Source of the DNA: an uncultured Gammaproteobacteria bacterium
Lineage (GTDB): Bacteria; Patescibacteriota; Microgenomatia; Daviesbacterales; UBA10151
Length of the DNA stretch: 64,000 bases
Assembly (NCBI GenBank): GCA_964405655.1
Contig: CAYOOO010000004.1
Coordinates: forward strand, 9,013 to 73,012
Direction: 5' to 3'
Both the position numbers and the translations under genes were made by a program. The notes beneath the pieces were generated by a model. It saw only the letters and a list, made by a program, of their open reading frames with translations. It was not told where the DNA came from and made no database searches. Below, piece by piece: positions 1-9,460 of this stretch (the stretch's first letter is position 1; each line of letters begins with the position of its first letter).

Positions 1-822
1 TTTCTACCTAATGGGAATATTGCCGTTATTGTTAGAGAGAAGACTCCTCCGGAGATAGCTACAAGAATCCAAGGCGGGGTATCTAATACAGAGTTTAAGG
101 GAGATATTTATTCTGATGCTATCTTAGAGCTTAATAGGCAAAATCAAGTGGTTTGGGAGTGGCATGCAGATGAGTATTTAGATCCTGATCTAGATAAACT
201 TGGTCCTCTAGATACCAGAGACCAATGGACTCATGCTAACTCAGTTGAGTATTTAGAGAAAGATCCTATTTCAGGCCAACAAGCTTATCTAATCAGCCTT
301 AGAGAGATAGATACAGTTATGATTATTGGAAAAAAGGATAAGCAGATCATTTGGAGGTCTCCTAAAGGTATGTTTTCTCATCAGCATGATCCAAGTCTTT
401 TGAAAAACGGTAACATTTTAGTTTTTGATAATGGTCTTTATAGTGAACCTAATCCTAAACCAAGACTTTTTAGTAGAGTTGTTGAGGTTGATCCTAAGAC
501 CAACCAGATAGTTTGGCAATTTGATGGCGGTACTGGAAATCAAAAGGTCTTATTTTTCTCTGCAGTAGCTGGTGGAGCTCAAAAACTACCTAGCGGTAAT
601 ATCCTGATTACAGAAAGCACTAAAGGAAGGTTGCTTGAGATTACTCCAGATAAAAAACTGGTATGGGATTTTATTAATCCTTATACAGCTATTTCTTATG
701 GTAGCGTTGAAAACAATTTGTTATTTAAAGCTAGAAGATACTCAGTTGATGAGATCAACTGGCCTGAAAAATTGAGCCCACCTATATCTACGAAAGCGAA
801 GTTCTGCGAATCTATCAGATGA
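1..822 (+). CDS. Arylsulfotransferase (ASST)-family beta-propeller protein, 3' part. Frame 1 is open from base 1, so the N-terminus lies upstream of the window.
   Basis: The in-frame translation from nt 1 has no stop (FLPNGNIAVIV...VVWEWHADEY). Motifs HDPSLLKNGNILVFDNG and THANSVEY are typical of ASST/PQQ-like propellers. The stop overlaps the next start (ATGA). Confidence 0.5.
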   Translation, partial: FLPNGNIAVIVREKTPPEIATRIQGGVSNTEFKGDIYSDAILELNRQNQVVWEWHADEYLDPDLDKLGPLDTRDQWTHANSVEYLEKDPISGQQAYLISLREIDTVMIIGKKDKQIIWRSPKGMFSHQHDPSLLKNGNILVFDNGLYSEPNPKPRLFSRVVEVDPKTNQIVWQFDGGTGNQKVLFFSAVAGGAQKLPSGNILITESTKGRLLEITPDKKLVWDFINPYTAISYGSVENNLLFKARRYSVDEINWPEKLSPPISTKAKFCESIR

Positions 823-2324
823 AGCGGCGATTTTCTTGGGAATTTTTAATCTTTATATTAGTATTTATCATTTACTCTCTTTCTAATATAGGTGGTTTAA
901 ACAGTGGAGATCAGGAAAACTATGCTCTAACTAAAGCTTTAGTTGAGAAACAAACTGTTTTTATTGATGATTTTAAACAGTTTACCTTCGACAGAGATTA
1001 TGCTGTTACACCCAGCGGTCACTTAGCAACTAATCGGGCTCCAGGCTTAAGTTTACTTGCCACTCCCTTTTATCTTATAGGAAAGTTACTGGAAAACTAT
1101 TCTTTTCTCCCCTACCTAGGTCTTAACCGAGGAATAAACCAAGAGAGTATTCTACAAACATGGACCTATACATCAGCGATCTTTTTTGTAGCCAGTAGTT
1201 TAAGTTTGTTATTTTTACTTCTTAAGAAATTATCAACTCCAAACTGGTTATCGATTATTACTGTATTTAGTCTAGCCTTTGCTACATTAAACTGGAAATA
1301 TTCAGTATCTTTTTACAGACATCCGCTCATTGGAATGAGTCTTTGTTTAGCAAATTTACTAATTTTATTTTTTTACTCATATAAAACTAAAAGAAATTTT
1401 TTTCTTGCTCTAGCGGCAGTTTTTTTAGGTATTAGTTTAATCGGTGACTACCTAAGTTTAATACCAATATCTTTAATAAGTATTTTATTAGTAACTCTTG
1501 AGCGGAAAGTTTCAACTTTAAAATTTTATTTCTTAGCTTTAATTCCATTTTTGGTTATTGCTATGTTTTATAATTCAGTTACTTTTGGCAAACCACTAGT
1601 TGATCCTCATCAATATTCAGGCTACTTTAGATTTGAAACTAAAATTGAGGACAACTTCAAAACCCCTCTTTTATGGGGAGTTTATTTAAACCTCTTTAGC
1701 TTTGGTCGGATTCCACCTCAAGCTATCAATTGGGCGCTTAATAATAAAGAAGTCTACAACAAATACAAAACTTATGAAGCAACTATAGTCCCATTTAAAG
1801 GAATTTTTGTTCAGACTCCGATACTTTTCTTCGCTGTTTGGGGATGGTTTGTTTTTTTTCAAAGCCAAAAAAAGAGGGGTTTGAAAAAAACCTACATTTT
1901 ATTTCCTTTACTTACCTTCCTAAGCTTATTTATTATATTTTCTACTTACACACTATTTTGGGCACCAACTATGTATGATACTAGACATCTTTTAGTCTTA
2001 GTTCCAATCTTACTGTTGGGGTTAATCTTCCTAAAAGATTCTTTAAATAATAGATATATAAGGCTACTATTTATCTTAGCTTTAGTTATTTCAGTTTATT
2101 TTGCGTTTGAGAGTCAAATTAGCAATTTTTCTCCTAACTATACTGGTCGCTATAGATATGATATTTCTCAACTGATAGAACACATCTCTCAAGGAAAAAT
2201 ATCTTTTGCTCTTTTAAATATATTCCCCAATATCTTTAATCTTCCTATGTTGCTTTTGGTTGGTTCTTTTCTTTACCTAGCCCTAGTTAGACCCTTGATA
2301 AATTTTTTAAACAGAAAAATTTAA
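819..2324 (+). CDS. Polytopic integral membrane protein, possible GT-C-fold glycosyltransferase
   Basis: 501 aa with more than 10 predicted hydrophobic helices and a loop after the first helix (DRDYAVTPSGHLATNRAPGLSLLATPFY). Start is ATGA-coupled to the upstream gene. Confidence 0.4.
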   Translation: MKRRFSWEFLIFILVFIIYSLSNIGGLNSGDQENYALTKALVEKQTVFIDDFKQFTFDRDYAVTPSGHLATNRAPGLSLLATPFYLIGKLLENYSFLPYLGLNRGINQESILQTWTYTSAIFFVASSLSLLFLLLKKLSTPNWLSIITVFSLAFATLNWKYSVSFYRHPLIGMSLCLANLLILFFYSYKTKRNFFLALAAVFLGISLIGDYLSLIPISLISILLVTLERKVSTLKFYFLALIPFLVIAMFYNSVTFGKPLVDPHQYSGYFRFETKIEDNFKTPLLWGVYLNLFSFGRIPPQAINWALNNKEVYNKYKTYEATIVPFKGIFVQTPILFFAVWGWFVFFQSQKKRGLKKTYILFPLLTFLSLFIIFSTYTLFWAPTMYDTRHLLVLVPILLLGLIFLKDSLNNRYIRLLFILALVISVYFAFESQISNFSPNYTGRYRYDISQLIEHISQGKISFALLNIFPNIFNLPMLLLVGSFLYLALVRPLINFLNRKI

Positions 2325-2371
2325 GCTGCGATTGACAAATAGTTAAATTTTCATTATCTTATCAAACCACT

Positions 2372-3736
2372 ATGTCTTTAGTTGAAGCACAAGCAATCAC
2401 AGAATCTTTACAAACCAGTCAACCAACCCATCTAAATAGAAGAGGATTCTTAAGACAAGCTTTATATGCCACAAAACTTTTAGGGCTGGGTACTTTAGCG
2501 GCTGCTTGCTCGCCGCTGGAAAGATTAACAGCACCTGCTCAGAAAACTCCCAGAGAATTAAAAATACTGATGACTACTGCTACAATTCCTGGAGTTAACG
2601 AATGGATTGAAATTTGGTCTAAAAGATGGGGTTTAGATAACAAGATTGTGGTAGATTTTGTCTGGATGGGTCCATCACAGATGCAAGATGGAATTAAAGT
2701 TGATGGAGTAAGAAAAGAATTTGACATAGTTACTCCAACCAGAGCAGGCTATGCTTATAGGTTCGGTGAACAATTTGCAGATTTAGATCAACTGGCAGAT
2801 GAGTTGGGAAATAAGTTTGGGGGATGGATAGACCAAGCACCAAATATCGCCCAGGTTAATGGCCGATGGAAGGTAATTCCTCTTTACTACTCTCCTTGGG
2901 CAGTACTTTTTAAAAAAGATTTGTTCGGCAAAGTAGGAGCTTCACCAGATACAACCTGGGAAAGTTTAATCAGTGCAGGTAAATTACTAAAAGATACGGG
3001 CCTGCCACAAGTTGGCATCCCAACCAGTGCCAATTCAAATGATGCTAATATCAGCTGGAATTCTTTTCTTCTTGCATATGGCGCAAGCTTTATCTCTCAG
3101 GACGGGAAAACCGTCACAATTAACTCCGAGCAAACCAGACAGGCCTTAACAGCAGGGATCGAGTTGATCGACTGCTTACCGTTTAATGCTTCGCTTTGGA
3201 ACGATGATGCCAACAATCTGCTCTTTGTTAAAGGAGATTTGGCCTGGATACATAACACTATTGGTTTATTTAGAGCTTTGCAAAAAAACACTCCTGAGGA
3301 AGCTAAGAAAATTGGTGTAGCTCTACCTCCTCAGGGACCAGCTGGCAGATTTACCTCAGCCTCAGCAATCCAATTTGCTGTAGAAAAGGCTGCTAAGCAA
3401 CCTGAAGCGGCCAGAGCCTTTATTAGAGATTTTACTTCGGGTTTTGGACCTATTTTTGAAGTCAGCCAAGGCAATATCTTACCATTTTTAAAAGGAATGT
3501 ATAATCAGCCTCTAGATTTTATTAGGTCAGACCCTGCTATTTCCTCTTTACTAGGCATAGAGCAATATTTGTTTTTCCCAGGCTATCCAGGGCCAACCAA
3601 TATTGCTGCAGCTGAAGTAGAAGGTTACTCAGTTATCCCCAAAATGTTCCAAACTGCTTATGAGACTCAAGATATTGAAAAAGCAATTGCAGCAGCTGAA
3701 AAAGAGTTAAGAGCTATTTATGCTAAAGTTAGATAA
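2372..3736 (+). CDS. Extracellular solute-binding protein (ABC-type, family 1-like) with Tat-type signal, possibly lipoprotein
   Basis: N-terminus NRRGFLRQALYATKLLGLGTLAAACSP is a twin-arginine motif plus h-region plus Cys. The size (454 aa) and mixed alpha/beta composition fit a substrate-binding protein. Confidence 0.45.
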   Translation: MSLVEAQAITESLQTSQPTHLNRRGFLRQALYATKLLGLGTLAAACSPLERLTAPAQKTPRELKILMTTATIPGVNEWIEIWSKRWGLDNKIVVDFVWMGPSQMQDGIKVDGVRKEFDIVTPTRAGYAYRFGEQFADLDQLADELGNKFGGWIDQAPNIAQVNGRWKVIPLYYSPWAVLFKKDLFGKVGASPDTTWESLISAGKLLKDTGLPQVGIPTSANSNDANISWNSFLLAYGASFISQDGKTVTINSEQTRQALTAGIELIDCLPFNASLWNDDANNLLFVKGDLAWIHNTIGLFRALQKNTPEEAKKIGVALPPQGPAGRFTSASAIQFAVEKAAKQPEAARAFIRDFTSGFGPIFEVSQGNILPFLKGMYNQPLDFIRSDPAISSLLGIEQYLFFPGYPGPTNIAAAEVEGYSVIPKMFQTAYETQDIEKAIAAAEKELRAIYAKVR

Positions 3737-3754
3737 AACTAGCAACAAACCTTT

Positions 3755-4735
3755 ATGAAGGTTTTAGTCACAGGTGGAAGAGGTAGGATTAGCAGTGGCA
3801 TAATCAAAAGACTGTCAGAAACTCGAAATTATCAGATCTATGCAACTTCCCGCCCTTCTTCTCCACCTCCTAACAAGCAGTGGAGTAAGTATGCCAGGTT
3901 TCTAAGGGTTGATTTAACAAATCAGATTCAGACTGAAAAGTTATTTAAGCTTAAGTTTGATGCAGTTGTTCATCTAGCAGGCTTGGTTAAAACAGTAGAT
4001 TATTTCCAAGACAAACCAGCAACAGTTCTTTTAAACAATCTTAAAATTGATACCAATGTTTTTAGTCAAATTCAAAAAGCTAAAGTAAAAAGGATTATCT
4101 TCCTATCTACTATTAATTTGTTTCACCCATTAAAGATTAAATATTTTAAAGGAGGAGAGATCAAAAAGATTCCAGTACCTGAAGATGGTTATGATTTTTC
4201 AAAACTGACTGGTGAAATCCTCTGTAAGACAGTTGCCAAAGAACTTGGAATAGAATATGTGATTTTGCGGCCAATGGGTCACCTGTATGGCCCTAGCTAT
4301 CCACCTGAAACTAAAAATCCCCCCATAGAAGAGATTAGGAAATCTCAGATAACTTATCTGATTCACCAGATGCTTAAAGGTAAGTCTCCTCTTGAGGCTA
4401 AGGGTAATCCTGACCAAAAAAGGACTTGGGTACATATTTATGATTTAGCAGATGCAGTTACTTTAGCTTTAGAGAAAAAATCTGCTAAAAATGGGGATTT
4501 TTACATTGGCTCAAATGAATCTGTTTCCCTAAGAGAGATTGCCAAGAAACTTTATAAGATTATTTTTCTAAATCAAAAGAGACAGGTTGAGTTTGGCAGA
4601 AGCACTTACTTTAGAACAGTTAATTTTAAAGTTGATTATTTATACACAAAAAGAGTTTTGGGCTGGGAGGCAAAATATAATGTTAAAAATTCACTTCCAG
4701 AGTTAGTTGAATGGATAAGAAAATATTTTATTTAA
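3755..4735 (+). CDS. NAD-dependent epimerase/dehydratase family (SDR) protein
   Basis: N-terminal Rossmann motif MKVLVTGGRGRISSGII. Length is 326 aa. A YxxxK-like motif (YDFSKLTGE) is present. Confidence 0.55.
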   Translation: MKVLVTGGRGRISSGIIKRLSETRNYQIYATSRPSSPPPNKQWSKYARFLRVDLTNQIQTEKLFKLKFDAVVHLAGLVKTVDYFQDKPATVLLNNLKIDTNVFSQIQKAKVKRIIFLSTINLFHPLKIKYFKGGEIKKIPVPEDGYDFSKLTGEILCKTVAKELGIEYVILRPMGHLYGPSYPPETKNPPIEEIRKSQITYLIHQMLKGKSPLEAKGNPDQKRTWVHIYDLADAVTLALEKKSAKNGDFYIGSNESVSLREIAKKLYKIIFLNQKRQVEFGRSTYFRTVNFKVDYLYTKRVLGWEAKYNVKNSLPELVEWIRKYFI

Positions 4736-5993
4736 TATGACTAATTATCAGGCTATCTTTACCTTCTGAAGCGATCAAATTTTTATCAACAAAACTGATT
4801 TTTAGTGGTAAAAAAATTCCCTCTTCCACTAGTTTTGATAAATTAACAGTTGGAGAAAGAAAGAGCGAATCTGAAACTATTTTTTGTATTTGTTTTTTTA
4901 GCACCTCTTTATCCTTTTTAGATAAAAATCTTACCTTGGAAATTAACTTAAGCTCAAGCAGTGGCAGGATTTTATTTTGATGGACAAGCTCAAAAACATG
5001 AAGTTGAAAGTCAGGCTCTATTAAACTCTTTAGCTTTAAAAGAGCTTGCTCGAGCAACTTCGGATGAATGACACCACCTGATAATTTAACAAAATCCCTG
5101 GCTATTCTTCCTAAAAACTCAAATATTAGATCCTGTCCGCAAGGACATCTTTCTAAAAAAAGAGTTGCCTGGCTGCCTGTTCTATATCTGATCAGAGGAA
5201 AGGCACTTTTTTTCAAAGTTGTCAAAACCAGTTCCCCCTCTACTACCTCTGGGTAAAAACTTGGGAAAAAATGATAATACCTGGCAGGTCTTTTTGAGAG
5301 AAACTTGCAGCGGTAACCAAATGTGTTGGTTTCGGCAGCTCCACAATAAAAATTAAAATAAGCATTTGGGAAATTTTTTTTAAAATAGGCTAATCTGAGC
5401 TCTGAAGTGTACTCGCCAGTCAGAGTTATAAAGCTAATTTTTGCTAGGTTATAACTAGATTTGAGATGTGGGGTAAAAAAATAAAGCAAGCTGGGAGATG
5501 TCTCAATCCCATCTATCTTAGCTACTGAAGCAATCCTAGCAGACAAACTTAAATTATTAATATCTCCAATGGTTTTTAGCGGTGGTTTTAAAATAGCCTC
5601 TTTATAAACATACCATCTCAGTTGAAGTTGGTAAGGATTTAGTAGATAAAGCAGATTTTTAATCTTGCTATATCTTAGAATATCTAGGTGAATCTTCCGG
5701 GTAATAGAATCAGCTTCATCAAGAAAAACTACTAAAGGGCTATTGGTAGTTGTACCTGAGCTAATTTTAACAATCTGGATTTTATCAGCTGGCACAAATA
5801 GCCTTTCAAAAGGGCTTGACTTATCAATTTCCTCTCTTAAAAGATATGGTAGCTGTCTGAACTCTTCTAATTTAAGCTTTGAAAGGTTTGATGGGAGTAT
5901 ATGTTTTTGGTATTTGAGTCTATAGAAGCTGGAGTATTTGTTATTTAAAGCAAATTCCAAAACACTTTTTAGCTTAGTGAGTTGGGTTATCAT
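4728..5993 (-). CDS. Adenylate-forming enzyme, PaaK/CapK (phenylacetate-CoA ligase-like) family
   Basis: P-loop-like motif KISSGTTTNSPLVVF and a C-terminal region with RCPCGQ. The size and motif order resemble CapK/F390-synthetase-like ligases, which are common in polysaccharide loci. Confidence 0.45.
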   Translation of the reverse strand: MITQLTKLKSVLEFALNNKYSSFYRLKYQKHILPSNLSKLKLEEFRQLPYLLREEIDKSSPFERLFVPADKIQIVKISSGTTTNSPLVVFLDEADSITRKIHLDILRYSKIKNLLYLLNPYQLQLRWYVYKEAILKPPLKTIGDINNLSLSARIASVAKIDGIETSPSLLYFFTPHLKSSYNLAKISFITLTGEYTSELRLAYFKKNFPNAYFNFYCGAAETNTFGYRCKFLSKRPARYYHFFPSFYPEVVEGELVLTTLKKSAFPLIRYRTGSQATLFLERCPCGQDLIFEFLGRIARDFVKLSGGVIHPKLLEQALLKLKSLIEPDFQLHVFELVHQNKILPLLELKLISKVRFLSKKDKEVLKKQIQKIVSDSLFLSPTVNLSKLVEEGIFLPLKISFVDKNLIASEGKDSLIISHIK

Positions 5994-7699
5994 AATTTTT
6001 TAAGATAAAGATCATAGATCATTAGTTCCTGTCTTGGATACCATGTTTTAATGTCGCTATCCGAATATTTATTTTTGGCCTGGCTGTATTCCATGTAGTT
6101 ACTCTCTTCAGATACAGCATTCTTAACCAGCCTTTTATCCATATATTCTGGTAGATTCTTCTCTTTCCAGACAAAAGGAGAAAAAGACAGATAAGTTAGG
6201 CTGTAAGCTGATCTTAATCCATAGATATAATAACTGTCATAGTGGTAATCACCAGTCACTCCCCTCAGTCCCATGCTTAGAAAGTCATGGTTTAAATTAT
6301 TCAAAAGAGAACTGAGATTGGTTATCTTTCCTTTTATTAGAAGATGCATCTTCAGAAACTTATCTGCTTGGTCTGCTAAATTAGTACCATAACTATTTAA
6401 AATTTTATAAGTAGCTAAGTAATAAGAGGTTAATGCTTCCAAATTGTCTTCGTTGGGATAGTTATAGAAGTTCTCTTCTACCTCTAGACCTTTATTGATT
6501 AACTCACTTAACTTCTGAGTCTTCTTAAAATCAAGATTTTTAAGCTGTTTAAATAGCATTGGTTTTTCCTTGACAACCCGATCAATAGTTGCCAGGATAG
6601 TTTGATAACTTAAATCAGGACACATATAAGTATTTGTTTCTGTTTGGTGTTGCCAAGATAGTCCTTGATCAATAAGCAGCTTATCAGCAGGAACTTGTAA
6701 ATTAAGTCTTCTATAAAAGCTTAAGTTAATTAGTTTAGGCTGTTCAGCTTCCTGAATTTTTTCAATCGGTAGTCTATTATTTAAATTTGTAATATACAAA
6801 AAATTCATCTTTTTGGAAAAGCTGTCTCCAAACCCCCAACAGGCTGACTTTACTCCATAAGGGCCTTTTAAGGTAAAAATTTTAAATTCAGGACCGAATA
6901 ATATATCTGGGGGTAAGGCTGTAGGTGGAGTAAGTTTTGAAAGTCTTAGATCAGCCACTGAACCAAATTGCTTGGAAGGGACTCTACAGCCTCTTTTACC
7001 TTTTAGACAATCCTCTCTTCTGTTTATCTCCTGACTTAAAGCTTGGACATTTTTTTTGATGGTCTCTAAATCTTTCTTGACAGTTTGAGGAGTTAGAGCA
7101 ATATTTATAAAAACATAAGGTCTTTCTAAATATTTTTCTTTAGGAGCTTGGTCTATTGACTCTGATAGTTTGTCGATTGATTGTTGGTATTTTAAAATGG
7201 TTTTTTTATAATAATCTACTAGATCCTTAGCTGATTGATCTGATGGATTTTCTAAAAAAAGATTGGTCTGACGGCCTACATTAACAACTTCGAGTAAAAA
7301 ATCTGTAGGAAAAACTTTTTCCCTTAATAGATTTTCTTTTAGGACAAAATTTTGAGTCTGATCTAAAGAGCGGATAGATTCTTCAAGTTTTTTCAGTTCA
7401 TTGTCATCAATGGTTGGAATAAAAAGCGGGTCTTCTTTTATTAAGATATAAAATGAAGCTAAATTTATGACTTTAAGGTAGTTTTTGTCAAAAGAGCTAA
7501 CCCGTCCTTTTTCCAAACTGTATTGCCTATCCCCAATTTTAAGTGAGCTAATATTTAAATCTCTCAGGCTGTAAAGGTTACTAAGAAAGTGTAACAGCAG
7601 AAGCGAGAAGATAACTAAGCCTAATATAAGGATCTTAACAATTATCTTCTTTATGCCAATTTGAGATAATTTGTCATTACTACTGGAAGTATTTTCCAT
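5990..7699 (-). CDS. N-terminally membrane-anchored hypothetical protein with a large extracytoplasmic domain
   Basis: 569 aa with a single N-terminal TM (IIVKILILGLVIFSLLLLHFL). Overlaps the downstream gene by 4 bp. No recognised catalytic motif. Confidence 0.35.
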   Translation of the reverse strand: MENTSSSNDKLSQIGIKKIIVKILILGLVIFSLLLLHFLSNLYSLRDLNISSLKIGDRQYSLEKGRVSSFDKNYLKVINLASFYILIKEDPLFIPTIDDNELKKLEESIRSLDQTQNFVLKENLLREKVFPTDFLLEVVNVGRQTNLFLENPSDQSAKDLVDYYKKTILKYQQSIDKLSESIDQAPKEKYLERPYVFINIALTPQTVKKDLETIKKNVQALSQEINRREDCLKGKRGCRVPSKQFGSVADLRLSKLTPPTALPPDILFGPEFKIFTLKGPYGVKSACWGFGDSFSKKMNFLYITNLNNRLPIEKIQEAEQPKLINLSFYRRLNLQVPADKLLIDQGLSWQHQTETNTYMCPDLSYQTILATIDRVVKEKPMLFKQLKNLDFKKTQKLSELINKGLEVEENFYNYPNEDNLEALTSYYLATYKILNSYGTNLADQADKFLKMHLLIKGKITNLSSLLNNLNHDFLSMGLRGVTGDYHYDSYYIYGLRSAYSLTYLSFSPFVWKEKNLPEYMDKRLVKNAVSEESNYMEYSQAKNKYSDSDIKTWYPRQELMIYDLYLKKL

Positions 7700-7711
7700 T
7701 AAAGCTGGTGA

Positions 7712-8005
7712 TCAGAAGATTACTGCACAACCAGCAAAAAGGCAAGAGTTCTCATTGTCTTCCTGCAAAGCAGAGGAAAGTAGCGAGCTATCTTTTTTAA
7801 CTTCTTTAGGAGTCAAGCTGCAGTCAATGGCTTCATCTGCGCTTTTACTGCTTTGGTCAGACAATTTTAGAGGATCACTAGATTTATTGATAGAATAGAA
7901 ACCTAACCAACCTATTAAGCCTAGCCAAAACAGGAAAAATAATTTTATCGCTATGGATTGATCTTTCATCCTACCCATTTTAAAATCACTAAAATTAAAT
8001 ATCAA
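7712..8005 (-). CDS. Small membrane protein, hypothetical
   Basis: 97 aa with one TM (IKLFFLFWLGLIGWLGFYS), sitting immediately upstream in the operon of the 569-aa gene. Confidence 0.3.
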   Translation of the reverse strand: MIFNFSDFKMGRMKDQSIAIKLFFLFWLGLIGWLGFYSINKSSDPLKLSDQSSKSADEAIDCSLTPKEVKKDSSLLSSALQEDNENSCLFAGCAVIF

Positions 8006-8026
8006 GTATATTATTCTGATAATTAG

Positions 8027-8097
8027 TGGACCTGCCGGGAATTGAACCCGGACCCCAGCAATGCGAATGCTGTGTTGTGCCGTTCAACTACAGGCCC
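8027..8097 (-). tRNA. tRNA-Ala (anticodon CGC)
   Basis: The reverse complement folds as a 71-nt cloverleaf: acceptor GGGCCTG/CAGGTCC with a G3:U70 pair, D-stem GTTG/CAAC, anticodon stem CAGCA/TGCTG with loop TTCGCAT, T-stem CCGGG/CCCGG with loop TTCAATT. No CCA is encoded. Confidence 0.8.
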
Positions 8098-8187
8098 ATC
8101 GCAGGAAACTTCAATACTGGTAGTTGCGTAGCAACCTATAAAGTTTCCGAGATCGCTTGCTCCGGCGAAGCCGGAGACAAGGGCAGA

Positions 8188-8736
8188 CTAACTGTTATTT
8201 TGATCTTTAGGTAAACTCTTTGTTTCTTGAGTTGAATCAATTTTTTCAGATTGCTGCTTAACCCCAACTACCATATCTACCACCTCTTCTACAATTACTG
8301 TCTCTAGCGCTTTTGATTGAAAAACTAAAGAGTTATTGTTTAGTCCTGATGGGGGTTCCAGCTTCAACTCTACCTCCTCAGCAGAAACCTTTTCAGCTTG
8401 GTTTATCTGATAACCCATGGCCAGATTCTCAGAAGCTTGCATACCAGCTATTTTTTGATCTGGGTAGAAGGCTTGAACTGTTTGAACTCTTTCAATTTGG
8501 TAACCATGGCCCCTATTTAAACCATGAGCTATATCCTGAGGATTCATCCCAGCTTTGTTGTAGGCTTCTAAAGTTACCTGAGTTTGACCAAAATCATGTT
8601 CAGCAATACCTCTAACTATCTTAATATCAACGATCCTATTAACCGGGCTTTGAGGCAAAGCGACATCTCCACCTTGAGCTTCCTCTAACAATTGAGTTGA
8701 ACTAGTAATTTGATTTGGTTGGTCATCATCAGACAT
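8188..8736 (-). CDS. Hypothetical acidic protein
   Basis: 182-aa ORF with coding-like composition, lying between the two tRNA-Ala genes. No motif recognised. Confidence 0.3.
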   Translation of the reverse strand: MSDDDQPNQITSSTQLLEEAQGGDVALPQSPVNRIVDIKIVRGIAEHDFGQTQVTLEAYNKAGMNPQDIAHGLNRGHGYQIERVQTVQAFYPDQKIAGMQASENLAMGYQINQAEKVSAEEVELKLEPPSGLNNNSLVFQSKALETVIVEEVVDMVVGVKQQSEKIDSTQETKSLPKDQNNS

Positions 8737-8744
8737 AGTCCCTC

Positions 8745-9356
8745 CTATTCTAGAAGAAGAATTTGTTTACCATTTGCTAATAGTCGTAAGTAGGAAGCAT
8801 TGGCAATTTTACCACCTTCTCTTTTAGAACCATAGTCTAGCTTACCAAGATGATAAAGCAAGTTATACATCAATCCTCCATGGCAGGAAACAAGTATATC
8901 CTGATTTAAGTACAAAGGTGCAGTCTGATTAATAAACTCCAAAAGTCTATTCAAGCTGTCTTCTTCACTTTCCATCTCTCCACTCTCTTCTTTAAATTTA
9001 AATTGTTCTTTAGGTGGAAGCTGATTAAAAAAATCATAGAAGGAGAGTTTATCGGTCCCCTGAAACCGACCAAAATGGCGCTCTCTCAAAAGTGGTGTAA
9101 GAGTAAGCGGAAGGACATCACTCTGACCTTCAAGAATTATCTCTGCTGTTTCTCTGGCTCTTTTTAAATCTGAAGAGAAGGCTGCCTTAAAGTCAACAGC
9201 TTGAAGAAGCTGTCCAGTTTTCTTGGCTTGCTCTCTACCTGATTCTGTTAAGGGAGAATCTAACTGACCAGCGATTAGACCGGCTAAGTTAAGTTCGCTT
9301 TCTCCATGTCTGACTATATAGAATCTGCAATAAGAAGCTACGTTTGATTCAACCAC
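8745..9356 (-). CDS. Histidine phosphatase family protein (phosphoglycerate mutase-like)
   Basis: RHGESELN catalytic motif near the N-terminus (FYIVRHGESELNLAG), then TESGREQA. Length is 203 aa. Confidence 0.7.
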   Translation of the reverse strand: MVESNVASYCRFYIVRHGESELNLAGLIAGQLDSPLTESGREQAKKTGQLLQAVDFKAAFSSDLKRARETAEIILEGQSDVLPLTLTPLLRERHFGRFQGTDKLSFYDFFNQLPPKEQFKFKEESGEMESEEDSLNRLLEFINQTAPLYLNQDILVSCHGGLMYNLLYHLGKLDYGSKREGGKIANASYLRLLANGKQILLLE

Positions 9357-9360
9357 TGTG

Positions 9361-9432
9361 TGGACCGGAAGAGATTCGAACTCTCAACCCCCTCCATGCC
9401 ATGGAGGTGCGCTACCGTTACGCTACCGGCCC
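9361..9432 (-). tRNA. tRNA-Ala (anticodon GGC)
   Basis: The reverse complement folds as a 72-nt cloverleaf: acceptor GGGCCGG/CCGGTCC with G3:U70, anticodon stem CCTCC/GGAGG with loop ATGGCAT, T-loop TTCGAAT. Confidence 0.8.
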
Positions 9433-9460
9433 ATTTTGAAGGTATTATACTAAAAGAAAG

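Noticed and set aside
1686-1868. Short antisense ORFs inside long CDSs. The same applies to 2539..2727, 3097..3291, 4199..4435, 5068..5256, 5743..5925, 9651..9845, 10616..10849, 14777..15010, 25549..25950, 26217..26664, 31466..31699, 33221..33412, 34105..34497, 36035..36568, 41533..41781, 46650..46853, 47643..47855, 49230..49475, 54689..54910, 55157..55520, 56601..56852, 57378..57560, 58728..59099, 59301..59510 and 61306..62595.
   Set aside because: Each is embedded in or antisense to a longer ORF with clear domain motifs. AT-rich DNA generates many such short ORFs.
7671-7898. 75-aa plus-strand ORF
   Set aside because: Antisense to the 97-aa small membrane protein gene and overlapping the 569-aa gene start. 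No support.
8026-8214. 62-aa plus-strand ORF
   Set aside because: It overlaps the tRNA-Ala(CGC) gene on the opposite strand. Its start region is tRNA sequence, so it is a spurious ORF.
8313-8615. 100-aa plus-strand ORF
   Set aside because: Fully antisense to the longer 182-aa ORF (8188..8736). No independent support; whichever strand is real, only one can be, and the longer one was kept.
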